This document shows positions 36,219 to 48,568 of a stretch of 64,000 nucleotides of DNA, one piece after another. Source of the DNA: Felis catus (lineage: Eukaryota); assembly GCF_018350175.1 (NCBI RefSeq), contig NC_058383.1, positions 19,966,001 to 20,030,000 of the forward strand. Direction: 5' to 3'. The stretch's first letter is position 1; every line of letters begins with the position of its first letter. The translations under genes and the position numbers were made by a program. The notes below the pieces were generated by a model. The model had not been told where the DNA came from and ran no database searches. It saw nothing but the letters and a program-made list of their open reading frames with translations.

Positions 36219-36736
36219 GATTTGTCTTCTTATGTTTGACCTGTATAGGTTATTTGCATGTTTGGGGTGCACACTTCTTACCAGATATATGATCGTCAAT
36301 ATTTTCTCTCAAATTGTGGATTGGCTTCTCACTTTGCAGATGATACCCTTTGTTTGCAGCGCCATTTTAAATTTTCATAAAGTCCAATTTATCTTATGTT
36401 TTTCTTTTGTCTCTCATGCTTTTGGTGTCCTAGCTAGGAAACCATTGCCTCACACCAAGTCAGGAAGATTCACCCCTGGGTCTGCTTCAGGAGTTTCACA
36501 GATTTAGATCTTACGTTCAGGACTCTTGCACCAAAAAAAAGAGATCAGCACTGGGGTTGCACCTTCGTATTTTGTATGGTGTGAATTTTCTGCTTCTCTG
36601 GTTTGTTCATTTTCCCATTAGGCTGATTTTTCTCTGATGCAATTTTATGAGTAATTTGTATGTTGAATGTTAGCGCTTTGCCTTATTTGTTGCAATTTTA
36701 TTTGCTGGTTTGTATTTTGCCTATTAATTTTGTTGT

Positions 36737-36964
36737 GTTTTTTTTTTTTAATTTTTTTTCAGCGTTTATTTTTATTTTGGGGACCGAGAGAGACAGAGCA
36801 TGAACGGGGGAGGGGCAGAGAGAGAGGGAGACACAGAATCGGAAACAGGCTCCAGGCTCCGAGCCATCAGCCCAGAGCCCGACGCGGGGCTCGAAGTCAC
36901 GGACCGCGAGATCGTGACCTGGCTGAAGTCGGACGCTTAACCGACTGCGCCACCCAGGCGCCCC
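36737..36964 (-). mobile_element. Young SINEC_Fc
   Basis: TSD taattttgttgt. Confidence 0.96.
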
Positions 36965-37249
36965 TAATTTTGTTGTTTTAAAAGATACTATTCTTTACCC
37001 AGTAAATGAGCAAGGAGACCGGATCCTTGGCACAGGGATTAGAAAAAACTAAAGAGAATTTCCTCCTCGGGCTACATCTGTGATTAGGTGGGCAGCTGCA
37101 CCACAGAACTGCATGCAGCCCTTCCACAATTTCCTGGTAATGGGTAAAAACAAAACAAAACAAAACAAAAACCAAAAAACCCAGGTAATCTGGATTAGAA
37201 GCAACTCATGAAGGATGGAAATTTGGAATTGAGTGAAGGACACAGACTT

Positions 37250-37405
37250 TGGAATACTTTGATTCAAATCCTGGTTCTTTGTTTTTTTTTTTTCATTTTT
37301 TCAAATCCTAGTTCTGATATTCACTAGCTCCACGACTTTGGAAGGTGTTGAGCTCTCGGAGCTCATTTTCCTCCTCTGTAAATATGGGATGATAATCCCT
37401 TATGA
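37250..37405 (+). mobile_element. MIR
   Basis: ttcaaatcctagttctg..cactagct..ctcattttcctcctctgtaaatatgggatgataat. Confidence 0.75.
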
Positions 37406-37414
37406 CAATGGTTT

Positions 37415-37634
37415 TTAAAAAAATTTTTTTTAAGGTTTTATTTATTTTTGAGCGCGCGCGAGAGAGAGCACAAGTGGGGAAGGGGCAGAGAGAGAGAGGG
37501 AGACGCAGAATCCAAAGCAGGCTCCAGGCTCCGAGCTGTCAGCACAGAGCCCGACGCGGGGCTCGAACTCACAGACCGCGAGATCATGACCTGAGCCGAA
37601 GTCGGCTTAACCGACTGAGCCACCCAGGCACCCC
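37415..37634 (-). mobile_element. SINEC_Fc (tandem pair, left)
   Basis: SINE consensus. Confidence 0.95.
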
Positions 37635-37834
37635 AAATGTTTATTTATTTTTGAGAGAGAGACACAATGCGAGCGGGGGAGGAGCAGAGAGAGAGGGAGA
37701 CACAGAATCGGAAGCAGGCTCCAGGCTCTGAGCTGTCACCGCAGAGCCCGACGCGGGGCTCGAACTCACGGACCACAAGATCACGACCTGAGCTCAAGCC
37801 CGACACTCAACCGACTGAGCCACCCAGGTGCCCC
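37635..37834 (-). mobile_element. SINEC_Fc (tandem pair, right)
   Basis: SINE consensus. Confidence 0.95.
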
Positions 37835-38188
37835 TACCGTGTTATTTGTAAAGAGTCACTGAGCAGAGTGTGGGTAGTTCTAACAATATGACTAGTTAGA
37901 AACTTAAAAACATTCTCACCAGAAACATCTAGAAATGCTGGAAATAGTTATAATGTTACGTACATAGATAAAATTTGCAAAAAGAGAAAAGGGGTCTTTC
38001 ATTGACTGAAAAGTAGAAGAATAAGTGTGTAAGCAGACAGGGTGCTCATTTGGGCGAGGTGTTAATCCTACCTGTCTGGGGAGGTGGGTTTGAATACCCA
38101 CTGAGGACAAGGGGTGAAGTTTTTAGTCAACACAGTATGTGGTGTTAAAACTGAGAACCCCCACCCACAGGAAAAAAAAAATATCCTC

Positions 38189-38416
38189 TTTTTAAAAAAA
38201 AATTTGTTTTAATGTTTATTTATTTTTGAGAGAGAAAGAGAGACCAAGTGCGAGCAGGGGAGGGACAGAGAGAGGGAGACACAGAATCGGAAGCAGGCTC
38301 CAGGCTCTGAGCTGTCAGCACAGAGCCCAATGCGCAGGGCTCAAACCTACAAACTGTGAGATTATGACCTGAGCTAAAGTCGGACGCTTAACGGACTGAG
38401 CCACTCAGGCACCCCC
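38189..38416 (-). mobile_element. SINEC_Fc
   Basis: SINE consensus; flanking tatcctct. Confidence 0.93.
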
Positions 38417-39526
38417 CAAAAAGGCTGTATCCTCTAAGAAAGAGTATCCAGGAACTAATCCACTTGCCAGTAAAGGAAATTTGTCAATTTCTGCCTGACC
38501 TCGAGTAGAAAACACCCCTGCACATCTTCAAAACCACAGGCCTCCTGTTCCTCATGTATACTTGACATTCGGAGAATCCTGAAGCTGAGAAAATAAAGCA
38601 GCAGTCTTGAAACTTTTTACTAACAATGAGAGAAGAGGGTAATATTCCCCGCCCATTTTATGATCACAGCATCGGCACCAAACGATCTCGGGCCAATCTC
38701 ATTTATAAACATAGACAAAGCCCAAACAAAGTTGTATTGAAAATAGAATCCATCAATACATCAAACAGATAACATATAATGTCCAATTTGGGTTAATTCC
38801 AGGGTTGTGAGTTTGGATCACATTAGAAAGTCAATTACTGCAATTTACCCCTTAACAGATTAAAGGAGAAATAGCGTGTAATATTTTCAACATATGTAAA
38901 AAAATAAACCGATACAAAATTTTAGCAAAAGAAAAATAAAGGGTGTAAAAAATCCTCTAACAAACATTGCGTTTGACAGGACATTGAAGGAAGGAAGCAT
39001 TCCCTTTAAGATCAGGAACAGGAATCTATTGTCACTATTATTCAGCACCGTATTGGAAGTCCTAGCCGGCACAGTAATGTGGGAAAAGAAACAAAAGCTA
39101 CAAAGATATAGAGATGAAGAAAAGAATTTAATCTTTCCAGATGATATGATTATTTATAAGGAAAACTCCAAAGGACCCACAGATAAATTATTAGAATTAA
39201 TAAGGAAAGTCAGCACAATGCTTGTACAAAAATGTCATATACAAAAATAAATTGCATTTCTGGTCAACCTGCTATCAGTAGAGAAAGAGTAATAAAAACA
39301 TACGCACCAATTGTCATGGTCCATATAAAGAAATCTAAAGATGTTAAGAAACCTTTAAGGAGAAGAATTATAAAATGTTATTGAAAGAAGGTAAAGGAAA
39401 CATAAAAGACTATTTTGTGTTCATGGAGAAGAAGACGCAATTTCCTACAGCTGTCCATTCTTTGCAAGTTGATCTAAATTGTCAGTGTTGTTAAGATTCC
39501 AACGTAACTTTTAAAAAATTGATGCA

Positions 39527-39762
39527 GGGGCGCCTGGGTGGCGCAGTCGGTTAAGCGTCCGACTTCAGCCAGGTCACGATCTCGCGGTCCGTGAGTTCGA
39601 GCCCCGCATCGGGCTCTGGGCTGATGGCTCAGAGCCTGGAGCCTGTTTCAGATTCTGTGTCTCCCTCTCTCTCTGCCCCTCCCCCGTTCATGCTCTGTCT
39701 CTCTCTGTCCCCAAAAAAATAAATAAACGTTGAAAAAAAAAATTTAAAAAAAATAAATAAAT
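39527..39762 (+). mobile_element. Young SINEC_Fc
   Basis: TSD aaaaaattgatgca. Confidence 0.97.
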
Positions 39763-39789
39763 AAAAAATTGATGCAAATACTCCATTTT

Positions 39790-39913
39790 ATGGGGGATTA
39801 ATAGTATACTTATCACAATGAGCACTGAGTCGTGTGTAGAATTGTTGAACCATTGTATTGGACACCTGAAACTAATATAACACTGTCTGTTAATTACACT
39901 GGAATTAAAAAAA
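39790..39913 (+). mobile_element. Very short carnivore L1 3' terminus
   Basis: gagcactgagt..tagaattgttgaa..cacctgaaactaatataacactg..ggaattaaaaaaa. Confidence 0.8.
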
Positions 39914-40529
39914 TGTCAAGACTACATTTTGTGGAATAATAAAGGGCTCAGATCAAGATACTCATAAAGAAGAGAAGTGAGAGGAAGCTTACCTTACCTC
40001 ATATTAAGGACTGCTAGGAAATCTGGTAAAACTCTGCTAATTAAGACCAGTGACGTAGAGGGGGCCCGGTGGTCGTACCCCCATCTCACACCACACCAAA
40101 GTCAATTTCAGATGCACTGAAGATTTGCGTGAAAGGAAAAACATGAAATCTCTTAGAAGACAGTATCGGAGTATGTATTTGTGACGATGCGTCAAGGAAC
40201 AATATTTTAAAAACAATCCACGGCAAGTATAAGTCATGAAGGGAAAGAGGAATCAATTTGGCTACATGAAAAAGCTCCTGTTAAAAAACAACAACCAGAA
40301 AAACAGAGTCGGAGTATGAGCCACGGTGTGGGAAAGGGTGTTTACAGCCGCAACACCGGTAAATGCTTCGTACCAAGGGAAGTAGTGTCTACAAGTCAAT
40401 ATGAATGGGAAGAGCAATCAAATGGAGAGATGGACAAGCAACTTGTGAAAGCTATCACAGAAATGGGGAATAAATGTCCTTACACCCGTGAGAAGACGCT
40501 CAACTCCATTAATATTCTGGGAATGAAAA

Positions 40530-40557
40530 TTAGTATATGTGCTGCCGAAGCGAGCAC
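40530..40557 (-). pseudogene. RNU6: Tailless U6 snRNA retropseudogene (U6 nt 1-28)
   Basis: Reverse complement reads GTGCTCGCTTCGGCAGCACATATACTAA, the U6 5' end; 17-bp direct repeat tctgggaatgaaaatta at 40516-40532 and 40558-40574. Confidence 0.95.
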
Positions 40558-41313
40558 TCTGGGAATGAAAATTAAAACAACCATAAGACACATCAGAACG
40601 CCTAGTCAACCAAAAAACGAAAATCGTCGGTGAGGCTATGGCCTGATGGCCAATTTGTACTTTTCTGGTGGGAGAATAAAATGCGTAACCACTTCGGAGA
40701 CCATTTTGGCTTTTTCTACTTTATAAAGGTGAAGATAATCCTATCTACGGCCAATTTCTCAATGCTCCTGGTACATGTCCCAGAGAAATGCTTGCCCGCG
40801 TGGGGCAGGAGACACATATAGGAATGTATACAGCAACAATTTTTTTAATAGTAGCAAAGTACTAGAGATACGAATCAGCTTTGGAATGGAAAAATACATA
40901 CACTGGCACATTGCGGTTCTGAACAGCAGTGAAAATGAGCCAGAGCTACATGCAACAAGGATGAATCTCGAAAACATTGAGTGAGCAAAGCAAATTGCCA
41001 ATGAATAATACACTCTAATTCTACCGACTTAGAGCTCGAAGCCCATGAAAAAGTAAACGCTATGTTGTTTATGGATACAAATACGGTAAAATTACAAAGA
41101 AAAACAATGGTTAAGCACACATGATAAGCAGGAGGGGGCTGAATCTGAGGGAGAAGGACCCAGCTGAGATCAGGGAGGGACCTTGGGATAGCCACAAAGA
41201 TGCTGGCCATGTTCTACTTCTTAAAGTAGGTGTTGGGTCCACAGCGGCCCATGGCATTACTTCCTGTCTCACACTTATGTTCCATTCATTTGGATCTAGT
41301 CAATGTTGTATCA

Positions 41314-41540
41314 CAGTGGTCAAGAAACTTTCTCTATAAGGAGCCACGTAATAAATATTTTAGGGCTTTGCTGGCCGTAAGTCCCTGTTGCAACCACTCA
41401 GCTCTGCTGTTGTTGCATGAAAAGTAGCCATAGACCAGATGGAAATGAATGAGTGTGTCCGTGTTCCAATAAAACTTTATTTACAAAAGTAAACGGTGGT
41501 GGGACTTGTCCCTCAGGCTATATAGTTTGCTTACCGCTCC
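41314..41540. mobile_element. MER58A-like hAT-Charlie MITE
   Basis: aaacttt..taaatattttagg..agccatagac..gtgttccaataaaactttatttacaaaa..tagtttgc. Confidence 0.85.
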
Positions 41541-41579
41541 CTTGGTGACACCAGTTTAAAATTACACACTAATTAAAAA

Positions 41580-43000
41580 ATTTTTGTACTAACATAAAAC
41601 AATATTTTTAAAGAGAAATTTATTATTAACAAAAGAGAAATGTATTACGGACGATAAAAAGGGTTGATACAGAACAAAACTAGGAGCGATTTATCAGGAA
41701 GATATAACATTCCAGGGCTTATATAGCTTAGATTCAGAACGTATAAAGAAGGTATTGACAAATTTATCAGGATAAGTAAGTATACACATCCAGAATCAGA
41801 ACGGAGAGTCGAACAGACTTTCCCAAGTGACTGATAGATGAAACAGACAAAAATTAGAAGGTTATGGAGGATTCACATAACGACACTAAAGTTCTCAGCT
41901 AATGGACGTGTATGGAACTTTGCAGGTGATATTTAGAGAACACAAAAATTCTTTTCCAAAATAATTGAATGTTTATAAAAGCTATGATTCAGCCACACAG
42001 CAAATCTAAATAAATACCAACAAACACTACATCCTGTAACCACAATACCATAACGTTAGAAATGTAGAAAAATTTATGTGTTTTAGGACTTAACAATGTA
42101 AGTGTAGATAATTCATGTATCAAAGAAAACATCACAATGGAAATATGTATAGCTGAATGACAAATAAACCTTTTACATCAAAACTCATGAGATACAGCTA
42201 AGCAGGGAGAAAATTAGGTCTTAAATCCGTCACTTAGAAAAGAAGGTTTCAAAACCTGAGCGTGTTTTACCCAATATTTAAGGAATAAATAATTTCTATT
42301 TAATGCAAGGACAGGAAAAGATGCGGACAGCTGTCCAATCCCTTTTATGAGGCTCGTAGAAGGTTCTGCTAGAAATGAGAATCATATAAGGACAGCATAG
42401 TAAAATAAAAGGGTAGTCATATTCGAATTATACCTAGGGACAAAAATCTTAAGTGAAACAATCAGCAAATAAAACATAGCAACTTGTAGGGCGCCTGGGT
42501 GGGTCAGTCGGTTAAGCATCTGACTTCAGCTCAGGTCATGATCTCACGGCTCGTGGGTTCGAGCCCTGCATCGGGTTCTGTGCTGACAGCTTATATTCTG
42601 TGTCTCCCTCTCTCTCTGCCTCTCTGCTGCTTGTGTTCTGTCTCTCTCTCTCTCAAAAATAAATAAACATTAAAAAAATTTTTTTAAACATAGAAACTTG
42701 TTTTAAAAATACATCACGGCCAAGCAGGGATTTTTTTTTTCCCAGCCACATAAAAATAGTTTACTAATGAAAACTCTAGTTACTATAGTCCAGAGAAAAC
42801 CATATGAACCTTGCAACAGATTCAGCAAAATGTATTTAATAAAATTCAGGAAATACTCTTGGCTGAAAAAAAAAAAAAGCGAGAACAAAAGAAAACCCCT
42901 TCACTTGATGAGTATGTGCTGTTCCTCTCAAGAGAAAAGACCGTCAAATCCTTAGGTTGAATGGAGAAACCAACCTGTAAGTCATGGTACTTATGATGTA
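41580..43000 (+). mobile_element. Old L1 ORF2 fragments
   Basis: tcaggaagatataaca..aagcaaatctaaataaat..gagatacagctaa..ttttatgaggc. Confidence 0.6.
42489..42684 (+). mobile_element. SINEC_Fc with internal deletion
   Basis: TSD aaacatagcaacttgt/aaacatagaaacttgt. Confidence 0.93.
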
Positions 43001-43408
43001 AATCTATATAAATATAGACCTTATGCACGAAGCAGGAAATTCCAAAGCCCTTCTGTTGCTTCACATGGAAACTTCCCTAAGATTTGCACCTCGCTGTAGA
43101 GATGTCGATTTAAATCCTACTTGCAGGGCAATGGATTATGAAGCAGGAACAGTTGCTTAGCGCGGGAGACGTTTTAAGGTTATGGGTGATATTTCACAGC
43201 ATGGCAGCCATATCTGATGACTGGGTGACTTAATACATTCCTTTGTGTGACTATTCCCACGTATGGTTTTATAGTAACAGGAAACAGAACGGGATTATTT
43301 ATTTGGGCACTGTTCTCCACACTCAATAGGAGAGTAAGACTGATGAATTTGTTAATATTCTCAGCATCTCCCTTTGGAAAGGAACTTTATGATGCAGGAA
43401 TACCACCT

Positions 43409-43422
43409 GTGCGCACGCGCGC

Positions 43423-43466
<44 letters not shown>
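43409..43466. repeat. (GC)n(GT)n alternating purine-pyrimidine tract
   Basis: Direct. Confidence 0.95.
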
Positions 43467-43469
<3 letters not shown>

Positions 43470-43666
43470 ACTGCAGCTCTTTGGGGATTGAAGAAACATT
43501 TCCTTCTTCTTCCTGACATTTCTTTCAATAGTGGTTAAAAAGGTCTTTGGTTTCAAGGTTAAACACAGGCAATCCCCTGGCTGCACTGAGAGAAAGGAGT
43601 CACCTGAAGTACTTAAAATACCCAAAGAGGGGAAAAGAGGAACGGAAAGAATTGTAACCAGAAAAG

Positions 43667-43905
43667 CATGATGTATCCGTCACCTCCCCAAGTTTCCTCC
43701 TGCCCTCTTTATTGTTATTAGTTATTACTTGGTGGTAGGAACACCTAACATAAGATCTACTCTCTTAGCAAATTTTAAGTACACAATACAGTACTGTTAG
43801 CCAGGTGGTGATGGTTTCACAGGTGTATACTTGCCCTAAAAGTCATCTGTCACGTGTCTTAAATATATACAACTTTCACACAGCAATCATACCTCAACAA
43901 AAAAA
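43667..43905. mobile_element. Short 5'-inverted L1MA/MB 3' end
   Basis: Antisense piece 43667-43800 (taagatctactctcttagcaaatt) joined to sense terminus (ggtgatggtttcac..caatcatacctcaa + A-run). Confidence 0.75.
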
Positions 43906-43975
43906 TTTTTTTTTAAAGAAGCGTATAAGATGTGATAGTTTGCATCCAGAACATCCAGGAGCATCAGCTTAGGAG

Positions 43976-44090
43976 CACTGGGCTCTGTGCTGAGCGTGGA
44001 ACCTGCTTGGGATTCTCTTCTCTCCCTCTCTCTCTCTCCCTCTTCCCCTCTCCCCTGCTTGCACGCGCGCTCCCTCTAAAACAAACAACA
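43976..44090 (+). mobile_element. 5'-truncated Can-SINE (older)
   Basis: gggctctgtgctgagcgtggaacctgcttgggattctc+(CT)n. Confidence 0.8.
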
Positions 44091-44932
44091 CCCAGCTTTG
44101 TTGAAGCATAATCGATAGTGAATTGCACATATTTAATGTGTACATTTGATAAGTTTTGGCACATGCTCGCCTCCGTGAAACCACCATCGCACTCAAGATA
44201 GTGAACGTGTCCATTGTGGCCCCCCACCCCACCCCCGCCGCCAGAGGCTTCCTCCTGATCCTTGGTATTCTCCCTCCTCACCCCTCCTCGCCTGCCAGGG
44301 TCTGCCACCCGCCGGTGACCACCCATCTGCTTCTGTTGCTATGGATTTGTGACCCCCTTTTGAGAATTGAATACTAATAACATAACACAATATGTGTGTT
44401 TTGCATTTGCTTCTTTTACTCAGATAACCACCTTACGATGTTCCCATCTCGTGTCATAACTCCACTCCTTCTGCTTGCTAAGCCTTCCACTGTATGGACG
44501 TACCACAGTCTGCTTGCCGATCTTTGCGTCTGTTGACAAACATTTGTGCTATTTCCAGTTTCTGACCATTTCAGCTAAAGCCACTGTGGACATTTGTGCA
44601 CCTGTCCTTGTAGAGACGTATTGCTTTCATTTCTCTTGCTGAAATCCCTGGGAGGGGAGTGACAGAATCCTAGGTTAGGTGTGCTTTTAACTCTTTAGGA
44701 ATGCCCAAACTGTTTTCCAAAGTGCTTGTAACCCTCTCACACTCCCACATCCCCAGCAGTACATGAGATTTCCAGGTGTATCACATCCTTGCCAACACTT
44801 GGTGTGATCGGTTTCGAAAATTTTGGACACCCTGATAGGTGTATATTGGTATCTCACTGGGGTTTTATTTTGTATTTCCCAATCACTGACGATGTTGAAT
44901 ATCTTCTCATGCATTTATTTGCCTCCATGTAT

Positions 44933-45148
44933 TTTTTTTTAAATCTTTTTTGTTTATTTATTTTTGAGACAGAGAGAGACAGAGCATGAACGGGGAGGGT
45001 CAGAGAGAGGGAGACACAGAGTCTGAAACAGGATCCAGGCTCTGAGCTGTCAGCACAGAGCCCGACGTGGGGTTCGAACTCACAGACCGCGAGATCATGA
45101 CCTGAGATGAAGTCAGACGCTCAACCCACTGAGCCACCCAGGCACCCC
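44933..45148 (-). mobile_element. SINEC_Fc
   Basis: SINE consensus. Confidence 0.93.
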
Positions 45149-45204
45149 AGTGTATCTTTTTTGGTAAGGTATCTGCTCAAATACTTGATCTGATATTATT
45201 ACTA

Positions 45205-45420
45205 TTTTTTTTTAGTTTATTTATTTATTTTAAGAGAGAGAGAAAGCATGAGCAAGGCGGGAGGCGGGGAGAGAGAGAGAAAGAGAGAGAGAAAGACAGA
45301 ATACCAAGCAGATTTTTGCTATCAGCACAGAGCGCAATGTGGGGCTCAATCCCATGAATGGTGGGATCATGATCTGAGCCAAAATCAGGAGTCAGACACA
45401 AGCAACCGAGCTGCCCAGGC
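45205..45420 (-). mobile_element. Can-SINE (older)
   Basis: SINE consensus, diverged. Confidence 0.85.
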
Positions 45421-45929
45421 TATTTGTTTTTGATGATTGGAGTTGAGTTGATGCACAATGTGACATAATTTTCTGGTGTGCAAGATAGTGATTCCACAAC
45501 CCTGTACCTCGTGCTGTGCTCAGCACAAGGGGGCAACCACCTGTCACCATGAATGCTATTACAATACCATGAACTATAGTCCCCGTGCTGCACCTCTCGC
45601 CTCTGTGACTTATCCATTCCATAACCGGAAGCCTGTACCTCCCACTCCCCGTCACCCATTTTTCTCATCCTCCACCCTCTCCTCTCTGGCAACCACCAGT
45701 TTTCTGTGTTCATGGCTCTGTGGCTACTTTTTCGCTTGTTTGTTTTGTTTTCTAGATTCCACGTAAGGGAAACAATATGGCTTGTGGCTTTCTCTGTCTG
45801 ACTCGTTTCACTTAGCATAACAGCCTCAGGTCCATCCACGCCTCAAATGGCAAGCTCTCGTTTTTTATGGCTGAGTAATATTCCATTTTTTTGTTTTCTT
45901 ATTGTGTATTCTGGATGCAAGTTTCTTTT

Positions 45930-46147
45930 GGGGGCGCCTGGGTGTCTCCATTGGTTAAGCGACCAGCTCTTGGTTTCGGCTCAGGTCATGATCTCATGGT
46001 TCGTGAGTTTGAGCCCCGTGTTGGGCTCCGTGCTGACAGTGCAGAGCCCGTTTGGAATTCTCTCTCTCTCTCTCTCCCTCTCTCTCTGCCCCGCCCCCAC
46101 TTGTTCTTTCTCTCCCCCCCCCCCAAAATAAGTAAACTTAAAAAAAT
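45930..46147 (+). mobile_element. Can-SINE (older)
   Basis: SINE consensus. Confidence 0.9.
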
Positions 46148-46593
46148 AGTTTCTGTTTTATGTGCTAACTTGGGTGTACATTTTAAAAAGTAATAAATGT
46201 TTCCTTTTAAAACAGCTTTATTAGGGCATGATTTATATATCATAAATCCTGAGTAAAGAATTGAACATTTTAAGAAAATTTACACAGCCGTGCCATAATC
46301 ACCACCATCCGATTTTCGAATATTTCATCACGAATGAAAATTCATTTATGTCTATTTGCAGGCACTTACAGTTCCCACCTCTAGCCCCAACCAGCCACTA
46401 ATCTACTTTGTGACTTGCCTTTATGGACTTGCCTGTTTTTTGTGTGGTTTTTTTTTGGAAATTTCATGTAAAAGAAGTCCTACAATATGTGGTGTTGGCG
46501 TCTGGCTTTCTTCACTCAGTATAATATCTTTGAGGTTCATTCGTGTTGCTTCTCATTCCTTTTTATTTCTCATTTGCTCATTCCTTTTTATTT

Positions 46594-46818
46594 ATTTAAA
46601 AAATTTTTTTTCAACGTTTTTTATTTATTTTCGGGACAGAGAGAGACAGAGCATGAACGGGGGAGGGGCAGAGAGAGAGGGAGACACAGAATCGGAAACA
46701 GTCTCCAGGCTCCGAGCCATCAGCCCAGAGCCCGACGCGGGGCTCGAACTCACGGACCGCGAGATCGTGACCTGAGCCGAAGTCGGACGCTTAACCGACT
46801 GAGCCACCCAGGCGCCCC
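46594..46818 (-). mobile_element. SINEC_Fc
   Basis: TSD ctcattcctttttattt. Confidence 0.95.
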
Positions 46819-47466
46819 TCATTCCTTTTTATTTCTGAGTGGTGTCCATTCATCAGTTTTTGGCTATTCTGAATAACGTCAGGACGAGCATTGGTGCGCA
46901 AGTTTTTATCCGGCTATCTCTTTTATTTCTCTTGGGTAGATGCCTAGGAGTGGGATTGTGGCGTCTCGTGTTAAATTCGTTTTCAAATCTTTGAGGACCT
47001 GCCAGGCTTTCTTCAAAAGCGGCCACATCATTGTACATTCCCACTATCACTGTTTTCACATCCTTGCCAATACTTGTTGTTATCTGCATTTGTTATGATT
47101 TCCATCCTAGTGGGTGTGAAATAGTATCTCAGTGTGGTCTGAATTTTATTTCCTTGATTGTTAACGACGTCGAGCACCTTTTCAGGTGTTGATTGGCCAT
47201 TGGCCTATCTGTTTCCTTCGGTGGGGTTTCTACTCAGATATTTTGTATCCACTTAAATTTCAGCCATTGTTTGTTCAAACCTTTTTTTATTTTCCATTCT
47301 TCCCCTCCAGCCTCTCCGATTTCATATTTGCTAGAGAACTTCTGATTGTCCCGTCGCCCACTGGTGGTCTGTTCATTCTTCTGGGTTTTGTGTCTCATTT
47401 TGGATAGTTCCTGTTGTCGTATCTTCAGTTCCACTGATCTTTAACCCACCCCATCAAGTGCATTTT

Positions 47467-47770
47467 GTTTTGTTTTGCTTTCAGGTTTTTATGTAAATTC
47501 TAGTTAGTTAACATCAGTGGTAAAATTGATTTCACGTGTGGGATTTAGTGATTCATCACTTACATGTAACACCCAGTGCTCATCACACGTGCCCTCCTTA
47601 ATACCTATGACCAGCAAAAGAGTGAAGTCTTGCCATTTGCAATGACGTCGATGGAACTAAAGTTTATTTCTCTAAGCAAAACAAGTCAGTCAGAGAAAGA
47701 GGAATATCACATGATTTCACTCGTGTGGAATTTCAGAAAAAAAACAGATGGCCCTAAAGGAAGGGGAAAA
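47467..47770. mobile_element. 5'-inverted carnivore L1 insertion
   Basis: Antisense 3' terminus to ~47606, then sense gaagtcttgccatttgc..; TSD aagtgcatttt/aagtgtatttt. Confidence 0.8.
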
Positions 47771-47876
47771 AAGTGTATTTTTCATCTCAGACATTTTAGT
47801 TCTCATCTCCAGAAGTTGATCTGATGTTTTTATTTGTTTCTTGTGTCTAACATCTTTGATGGTTTCTCCAACTTCT

Positions 47877-48091
47877 TTTTTTTTTTTTTCAACGTTTATT
47901 TATTTTGGGGACAGAGAGAGACAGAGCATGAAAAGGCGAGGGGCAGAGAGAGAGGGAAACACAGAATCGGAAACAGGCTCCAGGCTCTGAGCCATCAGCC
48001 CAGAGCCCGACGCGGGGCTCGAACTCACGGACCGCGAGATCGTGACCTGGCTGAAGTCAGACGCTCAACCGACTGCACCACCCAGGCGCCC
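47877..48091 (-). mobile_element. Young SINEC_Fc
   Basis: TSD ggtttctccaacttct. Confidence 0.96.
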
Positions 48092-48568
48092 CGGTTTCTC
48101 CAACTTCTACTTACTAATTCTATCAACCGTGCCAATTCTGCCTCACTTTTGATTAATAGATTCTATTTTCTTGGATATTTGTATGCTTGGTAATTTTTGA
48201 TTGAATGCCAAATTTGATTCTGATTTCCACTTTGCTGTGTGTTGGATATTTTATATTCTTATGACTCCTCTTAACCTGTGCTCTTCCCTGCGATTAGATT
48301 ATTGAACCACGTTGGATCCTTTGGGGCCTTGTCTTTAAGCTTTGTTAAGCGGGATCAGAACAGCATTTTGTCGAGGGCTAGCTTTACTCTGCGGCTGAGG
48401 CAAAACCCTCCTAGTGTTCAACCCAGGATACTGTGAATTATGAGGTTTTCCACTGTGACTGGTGGGGACAGACGTGCTTCCCTGGCCTTGTGTGATTCCT
48501 GAGTCTTATACACTTTCAGGCTTTCTGGTGGTTCTTTACTTAACCTCGGAGAGATTTCTCACATTTTT

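Larger units (their letters stand above)
34700..36525 (-). mobile_element. L1MB/MC 3' portion
   Basis: agctttattgagatagaattcacatacc..gttgatggacat..tttggtgtcctagctaggaaaccattgcct. Confidence 0.85.
37900..41310 (+). mobile_element. Old L1M/L1ME, decayed ORF2 and 3'UTR
   Basis: ORF 38984-39250 LSLLFSTVLEVLA..FPDDMIIYKEN..KLLELI matches L1 RT (FADD region). Confidence 0.8.
44092..47230 (-). mobile_element. Cluster of L1 3' ends (starting ~44092, ~45425, ~46205)
   Basis: Three separate L1 3' termini: cagctttgttgaagcataa; ttggagttgagttgatgcac; cagctttattagggcatg. Confidence 0.8.
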
